A stretch of 64,000 nucleotides of DNA from NCBI GenBank assembly GCA_030647955.1, contig JAUSIQ010000003.1, forward strand, positions 2,111 through 66,110, written 5' to 3'. The position numbers and the translations under genes were made by a program. Shown one piece after another: positions 38,489 to 47,430 of this stretch (its first letter is position 1; every line of letters starts with the position of its first letter). This stretch comes from a bacterium (GTDB lineage: Bacteria > Patescibacteriota > Minisyncoccia > 2-02-FULL-40-12 > IGHO2-12-FULL-4). The notes below the pieces were generated by a model, which saw only the letters and a program-made list of their open reading frames with translations, was not told the origin of the DNA and did not search any database.

Positions 38489-38704
38489 CTAGAACCACAT
38501 CCGTTTCGAGAACTCCTCTTGCTCCAGGCGATCTCGGATCGCCTTCTCGCGGCGATAAGCCAGGAGTTCTCCAAGCTCCGTCCGGTCCTCCTCGTCTAGG
38601 ACAAGATCTTCGCCTTTATCCAGAGCGGGAAGACGAAACGGGGTACTTTTACTGACTCGCGGGTCGCGGGTTTCGGGGACGAATGTCCCCCCTAAACTGC
38701 TCAT
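38489..38704 (-). CDS. Small acidic hypothetical protein (71 aa) in a GC-rich (~58%) island
   Basis: AGGAGG 7 nt upstream of ATG. Composition deviates strongly from the ~43% flanks. Confidence 0.4.
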   Translation of the reverse strand: MSSLGGTFVPETRDPRVSKSTPFRLPALDKGEDLVLDEEDRTELGELLAYRREKAIRDRLEQEEFSKRMWF

Positions 38705-38793
38705 AACTGACCTCCTGAATACCTTAATTATATCATTTTTTATTCACCGCTGTCAATGTTTAAATTAGTCTACATTTTGCTATATTTTCTTTC

Positions 38794-40311
38794 ATGCATA
38801 AGTCGCAACTTCTTTTCATCTTATTAATCAGTTTTATTATTGGTATCGCTTTGGGATCTTTTGTGGAGATTCCGTCTTTGTATCTCAGGCTCGCTTTTAT
38901 TCCGTCCCTGGTGGCTATCGGTATTGCCTGGCGAAGAAGCTGGAAGACGGTTTTTGGTGCGATGGTCGCGGCGGTGTTTGTCTTTGGTCTTTTGCGTATT
39001 GGCGATTTTCGTCCGACCTCCACTTATCTCCAGCATTTTGCCGACACCAATTTTAAAACTACTTTATATGGCTATATCGATAGTGAACCGACTCAAAAAG
39101 GATCGTCACAAGAATTTGTTTTGCGAGTAAGAAGAATCCAGGCTCCAGACTACACTATTCCGGAAGTGATTGATGAGAAGATTTTGGTCATCGCTGATAC
39201 TTACCCTCAACGCGTCTACGGAGAAAAATTGTCTTTAGAGGGCAGTATTAAGTTGCCGAAAAGTTATGATGATTTTGATTACATTGCTTATCTGGCCAAG
39301 GACCAGATTTTCACTATCGTTTTTCGTCCGGAGATGCAGATCATTACTCCTCAGCTTGGCTTTTGGGAGAGTACCCGCATTAAATTTTTTAGCGGCATTT
39401 TTAAATTAAAGAGTGTTTTTGAGGAAAAAGTGGGATTGGCGGTGGTAGAGCCGCAAGCCTCTTTTCTTAATGGAATTTTATTGGGATCACGACAAAACAT
39501 TCCGCAAGATTTAAAAGATGATTTTGCTAAAGTGGGAGTTTCGCATATTTTGGCCATCTCTGGGTATAATATTGCAATTATTGGAGAAGTAATCTCTTGG
39601 GTTCTAATATTCTTTATGCGGCGCAAGGTGGCTTTTTGGTTTTCTCTTCTCGCCATCTTTATTTTCACCATTTTAACCGGTGCTTCGGCTTCGGTGATTC
39701 GTGCGGCGTTGATGGGCGGCCTGGTGTTGCTGGCCAATAACTCGGGAAGAATTTATAACTCTAAAAATGCTTTAACGCTCGTGGCTTTTTTGATGATTTT
39801 TATTAACCCTCTAATTTTGCGTTACGACATTGGTTTTCAGCTTTCTTTTATGGCCACCTTGGGTCTTTTGTATATCTCTCCCATTTTTAAAATCTTTTTA
39901 AAAAAGATTCCGGATTACTTCAATTTGAAAGAGATATTGGCGATGACTGTTTCCGCGCAGGTGGCCGTCCTGCCTTTATTGCTTTATTACTTCCATAATT
40001 TTTCTTTAATTGCCGTTTTGGCCAATGTGGTGGTGTTGCCTTTCATTCCCGCGGCCATGTTGCTCGGCTTTGTAACCGGAGTAGGGGGAATGATTTGGAG
40101 TGTTCTCGGGACAATTTTAGGGGCACCGGCTTGGGCGCTGACTGCTTTTATTATTTTTCTTATTCGTTTTTTCGCCGACATTCCTGGACTGTCTTTTCAA
40201 ATTTTACTCTCTTGGCCGGGGGCAGTGTTGATGTACACGCTTCTCTTTGGAGGATTGAGTTACTGGTCTTGGCGTCAGCGTAAAAAAGGCTTCGAATTTG
40301 AAGAGGCCTAA
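38794..40311 (+). CDS. comEC: ComEC/Rec2-family DNA internalisation channel (competence domain only)
   Basis: Multi-TM protein with the competence motif VGVSHILAISGYNIAIIG; no C-terminal MBL domain in this ORF. Confidence 0.75.
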   Translation: MHKSQLLFILLISFIIGIALGSFVEIPSLYLRLAFIPSLVAIGIAWRRSWKTVFGAMVAAVFVFGLLRIGDFRPTSTYLQHFADTNFKTTLYGYIDSEPTQKGSSQEFVLRVRRIQAPDYTIPEVIDEKILVIADTYPQRVYGEKLSLEGSIKLPKSYDDFDYIAYLAKDQIFTIVFRPEMQIITPQLGFWESTRIKFFSGIFKLKSVFEEKVGLAVVEPQASFLNGILLGSRQNIPQDLKDDFAKVGVSHILAISGYNIAIIGEVISWVLIFFMRRKVAFWFSLLAIFIFTILTGASASVIRAALMGGLVLLANNSGRIYNSKNALTLVAFLMIFINPLILRYDIGFQLSFMATLGLLYISPIFKIFLKKIPDYFNLKEILAMTVSAQVAVLPLLLYYFHNFSLIAVLANVVVLPFIPAAMLLGFVTGVGGMIWSVLGTILGAPAWALTAFIIFLIRFFADIPGLSFQILLSWPGAVLMYTLLFGGLSYWSWRQRKKGFEFEEA

Positions 40312-40399
40312 ACTATTTTTATCTTTGACAAGATAATTTTTTAACGTATGATCTTGTTGAGTTCTTTTTATTATTCATAGTGCGTGATACAAAAGGAGG

Positions 40400-41275
40400 A
40401 TGGAGAAAGAAATGCAAATCAAACGCAGTGGGCTCATTGCTTTGGGTGTGCTGGTGATCCTGGTGGTTATCTCTTTTTTTATTGGCGGCCATGACGGAAA
40501 ACTGCACGTCTATTTTCTCGATATCGGACAAGGCGATGCCATGTTCGTGCAAACTCCCGGAGGTAAGCAGATTCTGATTGACGGTGGACCAGACCAAACT
40601 GTTTTGCAGCGCTTGGGCGAAGTAATGCCTTTCTATGACCGGACCATTGATCTGGTCGTGGCTACTCACCCCGATGCCGACCATTTAGCTGGACTAGTCT
40701 CGGTTCTAGAAAAATATCGAGTAGCGAGCATTTTAGAAACAGGTATGCAGTGTGAAACGGCTTTATGTGCCGAATGGGAAAAAATAGTACCAAAAGAGCA
40801 GGCGGTTATGAACTACGGTAATTTAGGTGAAGAGATTAATATTGAAGAGGGAGTGAAGTTGCTTATTCTCAATCCCTTCTTTGAGCTAAAGGATCAAAAA
40901 CTGTCTTCGCGTAATAATGGAGCGGTGGTTTTAAAACTAATGTATGGCAAGCAGACCGTGTTGCTTACTGCGGACATCGAGGCATCTATAGAGCGCAAGA
41001 TGTTGGTGAGTGATCTGAACTTGAAGGCGGACTTTTTGAAGATTGCCCATCATGGTTCCAAAACTTCTACCACGGAAGATTTTTTGAAAGCAGTGGCGCC
41101 CAAAGCGGCCTTTATCGAAGTAGGCAGGCGCAATCGATATGGACACCCTACTGAAGAAGTCTTGGGTAGACTTGAAAATTTATCCATTCCGTATTATCGT
41201 ACGGATACCCAGGGAACGATCGAACTCGTGCTCGACGGGAAGGATTATCAAATATTAACCGGCTCGCCTCGCTAA
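40400..41275 (+). CDS. Membrane-anchored metallo-beta-lactamase-fold protein, i.e. the separately encoded ComEC C-terminal nuclease domain
   Basis: N-terminal TM; HxHxDH-type motif VATHPDADH; IAHHGSKTS and GHPTEEVL typical of the ComEC MBL domain. Confidence 0.65.
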   Translation: MEKEMQIKRSGLIALGVLVILVVISFFIGGHDGKLHVYFLDIGQGDAMFVQTPGGKQILIDGGPDQTVLQRLGEVMPFYDRTIDLVVATHPDADHLAGLVSVLEKYRVASILETGMQCETALCAEWEKIVPKEQAVMNYGNLGEEINIEEGVKLLILNPFFELKDQKLSSRNNGAVVLKLMYGKQTVLLTADIEASIERKMLVSDLNLKADFLKIAHHGSKTSTTEDFLKAVAPKAAFIEVGRRNRYGHPTEEVLGRLENLSIPYYRTDTQGTIELVLDGKDYQILTGSPR

Positions 41276-41302
41276 GCTATGGCGTAGCAAGGAGGTAAAT
41301 CT

Positions 41303-41791
41303 ATGGCCAAACAAAATCTGAAAGAAAGAACATTAGTGATTATTAAGCCCGATGCTTTGCAGCGTAATCTTTTGGGTGAAATTGTTGGACGCTTTGAGAA
41401 AAAAGGTTTAAAGATTGTTGGATTGAAAATGGTTCGACTTTCAGATGTGCTTTTGAATGAGCATTACGGCCACCACAAAGACAAGCCATTTTTTACGGGA
41501 CTGAAGAATTTTATGAAGTCTGCGCCGGTAGTGGTGATGGTGGCGGAGGGATTAGAAGCCATTCAGGTCACGAGAGTAATTGTGGGTCCCACTTCTGGCC
41601 GAGTAGCTCTCGGCGGCACCATTCGAGGTGATCTGTGTATTTCCACCCAGGCCAATATTGTGCACGCTTCGGATTCTTTGGTCGCCGCTCGCGCTGAAAT
41701 TAAGAGATTTTTTACTCCTCGAGAATTGTTTGATTATCAGAAAGCAGATTTCCACTTTACTTATGGTGAGGAGGAGCGCGCTTTGGTATAA
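41303..41791 (+). CDS. ndk: Nucleoside diphosphate kinase
   Basis: ERTLVIIKPDALQRNLLGEIVGRFEKKGLKIVGLKM...; catalytic His region. Confidence 0.9.
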   Translation: MAKQNLKERTLVIIKPDALQRNLLGEIVGRFEKKGLKIVGLKMVRLSDVLLNEHYGHHKDKPFFTGLKNFMKSAPVVVMVAEGLEAIQVTRVIVGPTSGRVALGGTIRGDLCISTQANIVHASDSLVAARAEIKRFFTPRELFDYQKADFHFTYGEEERALV

Positions 41792-41970
41792 TATGGTCAG
41801 AGTCTAGACGATTCAGCTGTGAAGATTTAGGACTTTAATTTTTTCGGGAGTCTTTATTAGATATTTTTGGTGAGTCTGGCCTCTAGGCTGGGTTCCGAGA
41901 AAATATCCTGCGGACACCCACCTTAATTTCAGCTAAATTCTGAACGGTTGAGTTGTTTTAGGCTCTACCA

Positions 41971-41998
41971 AAAATCCCCACAAGTCGTGGGGATTTTC
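41971..41998. terminator. Bidirectional terminator hairpin AAAATCCCCAC-AAGTC-GTGGGGATTTT between ndk (+) and the glutaredoxin-like gene (-)
   Basis: 11-bp stem with A/T runs on both sides. Confidence 0.65.
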
Positions 41999-42019
41999 TG
42001 TGCTGAAATTAAGATAAGA

Positions 42020-42262
42020 TTATTCTGGTTTGAGTCCGAGAAGTTGAGAGATTTTTTTCTGGTCAAAGCCTACCACAATTTTGCCGCCGATATCGATGAC
42101 GGGAACGCCAATTTGTCCGGATTTGCTAATCATCTCTTGCACCGCTTTTTGATCTTTGGCGATGTTAACGTCTTCAAAGGGGATTTTATGCTTATTTAAA
42201 AACTCCTTCGCCATGTGGCAATAAGGACAGGTGGGGGTGGAATAGACGATTACTTTCTCCAT
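42020..42262 (-). CDS. Glutaredoxin-like protein (NrdH/YruB-type thioredoxin fold)
   Basis: MEKVIVYSTPTCPYCHMAKEFL... carries a CPYC active site. Start moved to the internal ATG at 42262, preceded by GAGGG. Confidence 0.75.
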   Translation of the reverse strand: MEKVIVYSTPTCPYCHMAKEFLNKHKIPFEDVNIAKDQKAVQEMISKSGQIGVPVIDIGGKIVVGFDQKKISQLLGLKPE

Positions 42263-42355
42263 GCATTCATTATCCCTCGACAAGGGAGACTTGTCAAAAG
42301 GAGAGATTTTCTGTAGATTAGGCGGAGCGTTTCAGGATCAGGAGGTACATTAACA

Positions 42356-43543
42356 ATGCAGGGTTCTAAGACGATTTTGGTTATCGGGACGGGCACAATC
42401 GGTTATGAACTTATCCGTCGTCTGGCCTGGGCGGCCAATTATTCCGATCATCCTTATTTTGACTGGAAAGAAATTATCTTTCACAAGAATCAGCCGCTTC
42501 AGGCGAATTTACCAAGAATCAAGCGACTTCTTCAGCAGGGTGATGCGGTAGCGAAAATTTCTCTAGCCGTCGATGCTGATAAGCGCAAAGAATTTGAAGC
42601 TTTGGGATATACTCCTACTTACACCTTGGATGAAGCCTTAGGGAAGGCCGATTTAGTTTTTGATGCTACAGGAAAGGGATTAGCGAATAAGCATCACTAT
42701 CTACAGTATCAGGATAAAGTCTTTGTGGGGCAGGGAAGTGATTTCAAAAAGGATAAAAAATTTGGGTTGCTTTTGGTGGGCGGCATTAACGATAACCAGG
42801 TGCATTTTCAGTTACTGCAGGGAGAAAGATTTTTTGTGGTGGGCAGTTGTAATGCCCACATGCTTGGTCGGGGAATGAGAGTCATTTCAAGCGTTTTCGG
42901 ATCTCCTTTCGGGGGGGATATTTCGGTGGAAGCTACGATTCTGCGCCGCTCCGACGATCTCAACAAGAGGATGATTGCCACCTCTTTCTCTTTCTCAGCT
43001 CCCGACCCCAAGTACCTAAGAGAAGGAACTTATCACGCTCACAACGTCATTGAGGCTTTTAACTCCATTGGCATTGGTGATCTTGATTTTCGAACGAAGT
43101 CGGGGAAGTTAATGGATCCCTATATGCATGTAGTTTTTTGGCGGGTAGAGGTTACTAGGGTGGATTGGGCCGATAAGTGGTTCGATGATACTTTTGAAAA
43201 TACTTTCCGCGAACAACTTGTAAATGATCCCTGGTGCAGTTTGACCTGGGAAAATTATGCCAATGTCGTTTTTACCGATTTGAGGCATCGTCAGGGCCCG
43301 AAGGCGATTCGTTGGCTAGAGCCAGATCGTGGCTTTATGCAGGCTGTTTTCTATCTTCCTTCTCTACAGGTGATCAAAAAGAAGAAGCGTATTGTTGTAG
43401 AGTTCCAGACTTTTACTCCGCAAGATGCTAATGTGATTTGGAGCAACCTGGAAATGGCCGCGATGGTTAGAGTGCGGGAGAATTTTGATCCCAAGGTATT
43501 TCTAGAATTGACTCGCCCCATGCTTGAGCCCAAGGAAATATAG
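42356..43543 (+). CDS. NAD(P)-binding Rossmann-fold dehydrogenase, possibly archaeal-type (type II) GAPDH-like
   Basis: N-terminal ILVIGTGTIGYELIRRL dinucleotide-binding motif and VVGSCNAHML resembling the SCNT catalytic Cys motif of archaeal GAPDH. Assignment tentative. Confidence 0.3.
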   Translation: MQGSKTILVIGTGTIGYELIRRLAWAANYSDHPYFDWKEIIFHKNQPLQANLPRIKRLLQQGDAVAKISLAVDADKRKEFEALGYTPTYTLDEALGKADLVFDATGKGLANKHHYLQYQDKVFVGQGSDFKKDKKFGLLLVGGINDNQVHFQLLQGERFFVVGSCNAHMLGRGMRVISSVFGSPFGGDISVEATILRRSDDLNKRMIATSFSFSAPDPKYLREGTYHAHNVIEAFNSIGIGDLDFRTKSGKLMDPYMHVVFWRVEVTRVDWADKWFDDTFENTFREQLVNDPWCSLTWENYANVVFTDLRHRQGPKAIRWLEPDRGFMQAVFYLPSLQVIKKKKRIVVEFQTFTPQDANVIWSNLEMAAMVRVRENFDPKVFLELTRPMLEPKEI

Positions 43544-43558
43544 AAAAAGGAGGCCGCC

Positions 43559-44035
43559 ATGCGAAAAACGCTTATCGTCTTTAGTCTATTGCTCGCTTTT
43601 GTTGGTAATGTTTCGGCTCAAACTATCATTGTCAAACCAGTTCTGCCCGAAGGTTATCGGCAGTGGCCCAATGTTTTTATGCGCAAGTTGGTTTTGGATG
43701 AGAATAATACCATGACTTATACCGTATGGGTTAGGAAATTCGCCAATGGAGGCAGGTACCTTTCCGTTACGGAAGAGATTAACGGAGTGGTAATCATTAC
43801 CACATATTCAACTAGCGAGTATGCCACCTTTCTTTTTATTGGTGATGGTTATGTCAGATTGGACAAAGAGGTGGGGAAAGATTTTCAAGAAGCACGGGCT
43901 AAATTCGAAGGAGCAGTCCAGAAGAAATTCGATCTTTCTCCAACGGTTTTCGAACGTATCGATTTTTTTACCCATTCTTTTCACAAAGACCTAGAGAGAT
44001 TCTTTGAGCGTTGTGTAGTAGAAGATCGGCCGTAA
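43559..44035 (+). CDS. Secreted hypothetical protein (signal peptide)
   Basis: MRKTLIVFSLLLAFVGNVSAQ signal peptide. Confidence 0.45.
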   Translation: MRKTLIVFSLLLAFVGNVSAQTIIVKPVLPEGYRQWPNVFMRKLVLDENNTMTYTVWVRKFANGGRYLSVTEEINGVVIITTYSTSEYATFLFIGDGYVRLDKEVGKDFQEARAKFEGAVQKKFDLSPTVFERIDFFTHSFHKDLERFFERCVVEDRP

Positions 44036-44040
44036 AGGCA

Positions 44041-44065
44041 AATCCCGCTAAGCGGGATTTTTTTA
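44041..44065 (+). terminator. Intrinsic terminator AAATCCCGCT-AA-GCGGGATTT plus T-run
   Basis: Seen directly; overlaps the stop codon of the convergent peroxiredoxin gene. Confidence 0.65.
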
Positions 44066-44704
44066 TATCTTACCGACGAGGTCGAGGCCTGGTTTGAGTG
44101 TGTCGTCCCCGGGTTTCCAGCTGGCGGGGCAAACTCGTCCTTCGTGTTCTCGAATAAATTTAGCGGCCTGCACTTTACGGAGAAGTTCGTGGCTATTGCG
44201 GCCGATGTCATTGTGGTGAATTTCGTAGGCTTTGATTTTTTGATCCGGATCGATGACAAAACTGCCTCGTAAAGAGACGCCTTCGTGCTCAAGATAGGTG
44301 CCCAAAGCGCGACATAAGCGGCCGGTGGGGTCGGCGACCATCGGAAACTTTACTTTTTTGATGGCGGGGGATTGGTCATGCCAAGCTTTGTGGACGTGCA
44401 CGCTATCGGTGCTGATACTCAAAACTTCCGCACCTAGTTTCTTAAATTGCGGATAGAGTTCAGCGGCTTCTTCCAATTCAGTGGGGCAGACAAAGGTGAA
44501 ATCGCCCGGATAAAAGATCATCACCAACCACTTTCCGGCATAATCACTAAGCTTAAGTTTTTTTATCTCATCGTCTTGGTAAGCTTCGACTTCCAGATCG
44601 GGCAGGACGCGATCAATTAACGGCTCGGTGCTAATCAGGGGATAGAGTAACGACTGGTTTTCTGCACTAACTGGATTCTCTTTGTGGTTATTTTTTTTGC
44701 TCAT
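44063..44704 (-). CDS. Peroxiredoxin (AhpC/TSA, Prx1-type)
   Basis: FYPGDFTFVCPTEL peroxidatic Cys motif; resolving-Cys region RVCPASWKPGD. Confidence 0.85.
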   Translation of the reverse strand: MSKKNNHKENPVSAENQSLLYPLISTEPLIDRVLPDLEVEAYQDDEIKKLKLSDYAGKWLVMIFYPGDFTFVCPTELEEAAELYPQFKKLGAEVLSISTDSVHVHKAWHDQSPAIKKVKFPMVADPTGRLCRALGTYLEHEGVSLRGSFVIDPDQKIKAYEIHHNDIGRNSHELLRKVQAAKFIREHEGRVCPASWKPGDDTLKPGLDLVGKI

Positions 44705-44771
44705 GACTTTTATTTATTTATTATCAATAAACTATCATTTAATGAGTGAAATGTGAATTCTTTGCAATTTG

Positions 44772-44842
44772 TCGGGCTGCCGAGATTCGAACTCGGACTA
44801 AATCCACCCCATGGACTCGTGCTGCCGTTACACTACAGCCCG
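44772..44842 (-). tRNA. tRNA-Pro (anticodon GGG)
   Basis: Reverse complement folds with acceptor CGGGCTG/CAGCCCG, D-stem GTGT/GCAC, anticodon loop AUGGGGU, T-arm CCGAG-TTCGAAT-CTCGG, discriminator A. Confidence 0.75.
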
Positions 44843-44846
44843 CTTA

Positions 44847-45734
44847 TTACTTTTTAGCCGTCAGAGACTTTTTCTCTTGGGCCATGCGGTCTAAAATACT
44901 TCTTAGCATTACATAGGCCTGATCTTCGTGTCGAAAATTAGTCGAAATATTCTCCTTGCCTTTTAGTATACCTTGAATCAAAGTGAGAGCGGTGGTTAGT
45001 TTTTTACTTGCTTCCCCGGAAGAGAAAGGAATGAGTCGAGCTAATTGCAATCCGATTTCTTCTAAAAACTGTCTTTGTACTTGATGAGTGGCTAGTTCTT
45101 CTCTTTTGTTTTCTACAGATAGCTCTAATAAACTTTGATATGTTTTGGTGTCGGCTGCGAGCACTACGCGAGGGATGTGCAGTAGAGGCTCTTTGAAATC
45201 TTCTTGCGCTTCGGATTGAAAGTATTTCACTGTGCTTAATCTGCCTTCCTCGACTTCCTTCTTAATTTTTAATAATTTGCCGGTGAGATATTCTTCGTCT
45301 TCGGTGGAAGCCACATCTATCGCTAAAGCTAAGCGAGAAACGCCATCGTGATCTACTAGCTCAATTACCAGATCTACTCCATTGGCGATATCATCATAGG
45401 TCGATGTTTTTACGGTAAAGGCGTTGTCCCCAAACCAGTTATTTAATTCACTTTGTACGAAGATGAGAGCTTCTAGAATTTTCCCCCTTCGATTTCTTGA
45501 TCTTTCTTGTTGATTAAACTTGCCTTGCCGATCGGCTACATAGGCCTGATCGTGAGCAATCTCTTTAGCTGGATATTTGTCTTCAAATTTGCGGATATCA
45601 ATAGCGGCTTCTTCTGCTTGTAAAACAAAAGCCTCGTAGGCCTTTGTTTCGAGCTCTTCTAGATGAGCCCTTCTTTCCGCTGGCAAAAGTTTTTCACCCA
45701 TATTAAGTGTTAAAAACCTTTGTATTTGTCCCAA
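44847..45734 (-). CDS. Hypothetical acidic protein (295 aa), co-oriented with rpmB and tRNA-Pro
   Basis: Long ORF; no recognisable motif. Confidence 0.45.
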   Translation of the reverse strand: MGQIQRFLTLNMGEKLLPAERRAHLEELETKAYEAFVLQAEEAAIDIRKFEDKYPAKEIAHDQAYVADRQGKFNQQERSRNRRGKILEALIFVQSELNNWFGDNAFTVKTSTYDDIANGVDLVIELVDHDGVSRLALAIDVASTEDEEYLTGKLLKIKKEVEEGRLSTVKYFQSEAQEDFKEPLLHIPRVVLAADTKTYQSLLELSVENKREELATHQVQRQFLEEIGLQLARLIPFSSGEASKKLTTALTLIQGILKGKENISTNFRHEDQAYVMLRSILDRMAQEKKSLTAKK

Positions 45735-45738
45735 GTCT

Positions 45739-45885
45739 AAGGCAAAAGATGAGTATTGAGCGAGACGTATATGAATACGGCGAGCTCAAACGGAATCTTT
45801 TAACGCAGGAATTGGGCAAACCTGAAAGGCTTAAATTCCGTAGAGCCCTATATCTTCGGGCTCCGGAATTTAAGTGCAGAGGTTT
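45739..45885 (+). repeat. Copy 2 of the duplicated conserved element (70 nt identical to 564-633, ~27 nt more at ~75%), followed by a different 11-bp-stem hairpin
   Basis: Exact match; hairpin GGCTTAAATTCCG...CGGAATTTAAGTGC with inner GAGCCC/GGGCTC stem. Confidence 0.6.
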
Positions 45886-45888
45886 TTA

Positions 45889-46068
45889 TTATTTGGTAAG
45901 AGTTTTGATGCAAGAGGTGCAAATGCGTAGGCGAGTACCGTCAATCATGGCCCACTGGAGATTGGGACTCTTTTTATAGCGATTTACTGGATTATAATTA
46001 CCACGCAATAGTTTGCGCTTGTTTGCCATCATCGATTTTTTGCCGCATTTGGGACAACGGTTGGCCAT
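45889..46068 (-). CDS. rpmB: 50S ribosomal protein L28 (zinc-ribbon form), 59 aa, absent from the ORF track
   Basis: Minus-strand translation MANRCPKCGKKSMMANKRKLLRGNYNPVNRYKKSPNLQWAMIDGTRLRICTSCIKTLTK fits the L28 pattern (C..CGK...GN...R..PNLQ...) with a Cys4 ribbon. Confidence 0.7.
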   Translation of the reverse strand: MANRCPKCGKKSMMANKRKLLRGNYNPVNRYKKSPNLQWAMIDGTRLRICTSCIKTLTK

Positions 46069-46183
46069 AATAGGAGATTATCGTATAGTATTGGGTACTT
46101 TATCAGATCCTCCAATTTTTTCAAGCCCCCTTTGCCAAGCTCATTATTCATAAAGAACTGAATGTGATAGGATAAAAATAATT

Positions 46184-46792
46184 ATGGAAAGTTTTATTTT
46201 TATCATTTTTCAGGTTTTAGTGGTGCTTTTTTCGATTGTTTTGCACGAAGTCTCCCACGGAGTGATGGCGAATAGTTTAGGAGATCCTACCGCGAAGGTG
46301 GCTGGCCGCTTAACTCTCAATCCCATTAAGCATCTCGATTTCTTTGGCTCTATAATTTTACCCTTTGTTTTGTATACGATCAGCCAGGGGACTTTTGTGT
46401 TCGGCTATGCCAAGCCCGTTCCGTACAACCCCTTAAACTTAAGAGATCAGCGCTATGGTCCAGCCAAAGTGGCGATGGCTGGCCCATTAACTAATTTGGC
46501 GATCGCGCTTTTGATGGGAATGGTCTTGCGTTTTTTGCCGGACGGAATGGGCAACGCCAATACCCATGCGCTTTTGGGCTACGCCGTTTTAATCAATTTG
46601 GTCTTGGCTGTTTTTAACCTCATGCCCGTCCCGCCTTTGGACGGTCATTGGTTGGCGCTTACTTTTGCTCCGCGCTTGGCCTACTTCTTTCAGCGTTTCG
46701 GGATGATTTTATTCTTTGTCTTAATTTTGTTTGTTTTTCCTTTGTTTTCTCCTCTTATCCTTCGACTTTTCGAACTGATTATCGGCTCCTAA
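46184..46792 (+). CDS. Site-2 protease family (M50-like) membrane zinc metalloprotease
   Basis: HEVSHGVMA (HExxH) in a TM helix plus a second NLMPVPPLDGHWL motif (LDG). Confidence 0.65.
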   Translation: MESFIFIIFQVLVVLFSIVLHEVSHGVMANSLGDPTAKVAGRLTLNPIKHLDFFGSIILPFVLYTISQGTFVFGYAKPVPYNPLNLRDQRYGPAKVAMAGPLTNLAIALLMGMVLRFLPDGMGNANTHALLGYAVLINLVLAVFNLMPVPPLDGHWLALTFAPRLAYFFQRFGMILFFVLILFVFPLFSPLILRLFELIIGS

Positions 46793-46920
46793 ACTATTGG
46801 CTTGTAAATTAAACCTTTTTTATAGGGTTGACTTCACAAAGTTTTTTTGTTACCCTTCTTTTAATGCATACCCTTTAGAGGGTTTTTGTATTCAAATCGT
46901 TTTAAAATAGCGAGGACGCT

Positions 46921-47334
46921 ATGCCGACATTTAACCAACTATTAAAGAAACCCCGCAAGAAGCTTAAGGCGAAGACTAAGTCGCCGGCTTTGGCGCACAG
47001 TTTTAACACGGTTTTGAATCGTCCGGTTTTCCATGATTCTCCTTTTAAGCGTGGTGTGGCCTTGAGTGTTAAGACCACCACTCCCAAGAAGCCGAACTCT
47101 GCTTTAAGAAAAATCGCCCGCTTGCGTCTTACTAATGGTATGGAAGTGACCGCTTACATTCCCGGAGTAGGACACAATCTCCAAGAGCACTCTGTTGTCA
47201 TGATTCGTGGTGGAAGAGTTAAGGATTTGCCTGGTATTCGTTACCACATTGTCCGTGGCGTTTTAGACTCGTCCGGAGTAGAGGGTCGCAAACAAGAGAG
47301 AAGTAAATACGGAGCCAAACGGCCGAAAAAATAA
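46921..47334 (+). CDS. rpsL: 30S ribosomal protein S12
   Basis: [14 protein letters not shown]...; S12 signature throughout. Confidence 0.95.
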   Translation: MPTFNQLLKKPRKKLKAKTKSPALAHSFNTVLNRPVFHDSPFKRGVALSVKTTTPKKPNSALRKIARLRLTNGMEVTAYIPGVGHNLQEHSVVMIRGGRVKDLPGIRYHIVRGVLDSSGVEGRKQERSKYGAKRPKK

Positions 47335-47424
47335 GTTCATCAAGTCCATCAGGTTATAAAGTTCATAAAGTGGAAAACAAATTATAGAACTTTAAAAACT
47401 TGATAACTTTACAAACTTTTAACT
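47333..47424. repeat. AT-rich palindromic intergenic element (family member C), overlapping the rpsL stop codon
   Basis: AAGTTCATCAAGTCCATCAGGTTATAAAGTTCATAAAGTGG...AACTTTAAAAACTTGATAACTTTACAAACTTTTAACT; 92 nt identical to copy D. Confidence 0.75.
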
Positions 47425-47430
47425 ATAGTC

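Noticed and set aside
45707-45979. 90-aa plus-strand ORF
   Set aside because: Beyond the first ~25 codons (the conserved repeat) it runs antisense across rpmB; treated as an artefact of the small repeat-encoded ORF reading through.
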